Of a stretch of DNA of 64,000 nt, positions 62,321 through 64,000 are shown one piece after another. The notes beneath the pieces are model-generated. The model saw nothing but the letters and a program-made list of their open reading frames with translations, searched no databases and was not told the origin of the DNA. The translations under genes and the position numbers were made by a program. The DNA lies in contig CAJINV010000001.1 in NCBI GenBank assembly GCA_905178155.1, positions 6,543,860 to 6,607,859 of the forward strand, given 5' to 3'. The stretch comes from Amoebophrya sp. A120 (lineage: Eukaryota > Protista > Dinoflagellata). Every line of letters begins with the position of its first letter. Positions within the stretch are counted from its first letter, which is position 1.

Positions 62321-64000
62321 CTATCCCGGCACCCCAGCGGCGGTGAGAATCCGCTTTGCGGCGGGAGACTGGGTTCGATAGCGCTGCAGGAAGGACACGA
62401 GGCGTTCGGGAAGCTGCTCAGCGACGAGTCGGGGGATGCGGATACTGGCCCGGTCGTTGACTCCCGCCTCGCGGCGCAGCAGCAGGTCCGCGGCCCGCAC
62501 GATCTTGTCGGCACTGTCCTTCAAAAATTGCAGTTCGTCGCTGGGAGGCAGGCCGTCGCTCGTTGTGGCAGACACGATAAACCTAGCGATTTTCTGAAAC
62601 TGACGGCTCAGTTCGGGCACGGAGGGTGGCAGGGCATCTACGGAATCCATTTGCTGCTTCTGCGCGAGCCGAAGCAGTGTGGGCGAGAGGATGCGGCTCA
62701 GAAAAAAGGCTCCGGTCACGGAAACTGGGTCCAGGTCGAAGTGTTCCGTACTGGCCTGAACGTATTGATAGTTTTCATAGCCTTGTAAAATCTAAATCGC
62801 ATTCTTTCAGCTGCTTCAGGTCTCGTTCTAATGATTCAATACACAGAAAAGGTTTTTCTTCTCGAGGCTGCAGAGAAAGGCAACTCTTTATCTTTGTACC
62901 TGAAAGATTCTTTGCAGTAGGATTACGAACGGCGCCGGGAGGTCAAGCGGCCGAGAAAGTATCGAGTCCAAGTATTCGCTGAGCGCCGCAAACATACCCC
63001 CTGACCCGCCATCCAATCCTTCGGCACGCTGCAAAAGCAATATCAGGTCGGGCTCCAACGCCATTAGTTCCGACCTGAGAGATTTCAAATTGGGATGAGC
63101 TCCTAGAGACGTAGACAATCGCTGCACACAAAGAAAAAAAAACAAAAGTGCTACAGCTACTGCAACAACGATACTTAGGAAAGGAAATACCCAGCCAGCT
63201 TCACCATAGCGGACGTGAGGGCTGCGAGAACGCTTCGGGTGCTGAACAGCGTTGCCACAGACCCCTGTGCCTGCTTCATGTCGTCATTGAGTGCGGCCTG
63301 CAGAAAGCCCGTGGCAGATCCGTCCTCTCGGGCGTTCAAGAGCTGCAGTACCGCAATGTCCACACCGGTGCGTTCGCGCGCCGGAAGTTCTCGCAGGAAC
63401 TGCAGAGTGTCGGAGTACTGCGAAGATCTTCCCCCAGCCGACCTTAGCGAATCCACCAGTTTGGCCGCGTCGACCTCAGCTGCGGTGCTGACAGGAACCC
63501 GATCGGCGGTTCGCTGCCTCGCAGCGCGACCACTGGCCGAAGCCAAATCAGGATCGTGGCGTGAGGAGGATGCGCCGGATTGACCCGTCAATAACGGACC
63601 ACCTTCCTCACGATCGACACTGCCGTCGGGCGAAAAACCAGGGGTTCCGCGCCCAGTCGGGGACGGCCGGTTGCGAAACGACGAATCGCCGCCCAGGGTC
63701 GCCGCGCCCCGCTGCGCCGCCTGCACGATCGGCCCGAAGGCACTGCGAGCGCTGCCGAGGTCGCTGCGGCTGCGCGGACTCGTGGTATCCAAAAGTGCGG
63801 GTTGCTGTTCATCGTCCCGCGGGTAGTATTGCGACGTGGTTTCCTCGTCTTGAAGATAATTCGCTTGCACAAGCGGGCTTGCGCGCGTCGGCGGACTTCG
63901 GTCGCGCTCCTGCTCGGTAGTAGGCTGGCGCACTGAGAACTGGTACTGTTCTGCGGTTTTGGAGACGCTGCCACCCCCGTCGCGCACCGGCAGATCCTGC
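62321..64000 (-). CDS. RasGAP-like domain protein (5' partial, runs off the window)
   Basis: Introns 63075-63190 and 62756-62899 join three ORF segments in frame. LFSTRSVLAALTSAMVKLAG, LPAPFVILLQRIF, VTGAFFLSRILSPTL and QKIARFIV occur in the order of RasGAP conserved blocks but are divergent. Confidence 0.55.

Overview
Eukaryotic nuclear DNA: compact genes with mostly 110-190 bp spliceosomal introns, long Ser/Ala/Gln low-complexity insertions in proteins, and strictly unidirectional gene arrays. The style fits an alveolate, most plausibly a syndinian dinoflagellate such as Amoebophrya (inference, not proven). All genes from 304 to 43843 lie on + and all from 45991 to the end lie on -. The + array holds an SH3-like-domain protein, omega-amidase NIT2, a ~2300-aa PPC-repeat surface protein, two small secretory/membrane proteins, a TRIC/TMEM38-like channel, a DnaJ protein, a hypothetical protein, a LINE-type reverse transcriptase, a ~2800-aa VLIG GTPase-vWA fusion and an ankyrin-ClpB-type AAA+ protein. 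The - array holds a polytopic membrane protein, a degenerate DEAD-box helicase, a Zn-finger Upf1-like helicase, an F-box protein, coatomer epsilon and a partial RasGAP-like gene. Splice sites were worked out by hand and checked for reading frame. The main points of interest are: (i) the intact, endonuclease-less RT, apparently spliced in frame to an upstream exon; (ii) the convergent strand-switch region, with a ~680-bp hairpin-dense GC-rich non-coding element abutting a ~1.1-kb AT-rich repeat island; (iii) two TIR-bounded introner-like introns sharing an internal motif; (iv) a 965-bp TA-flanked MITE-like element.
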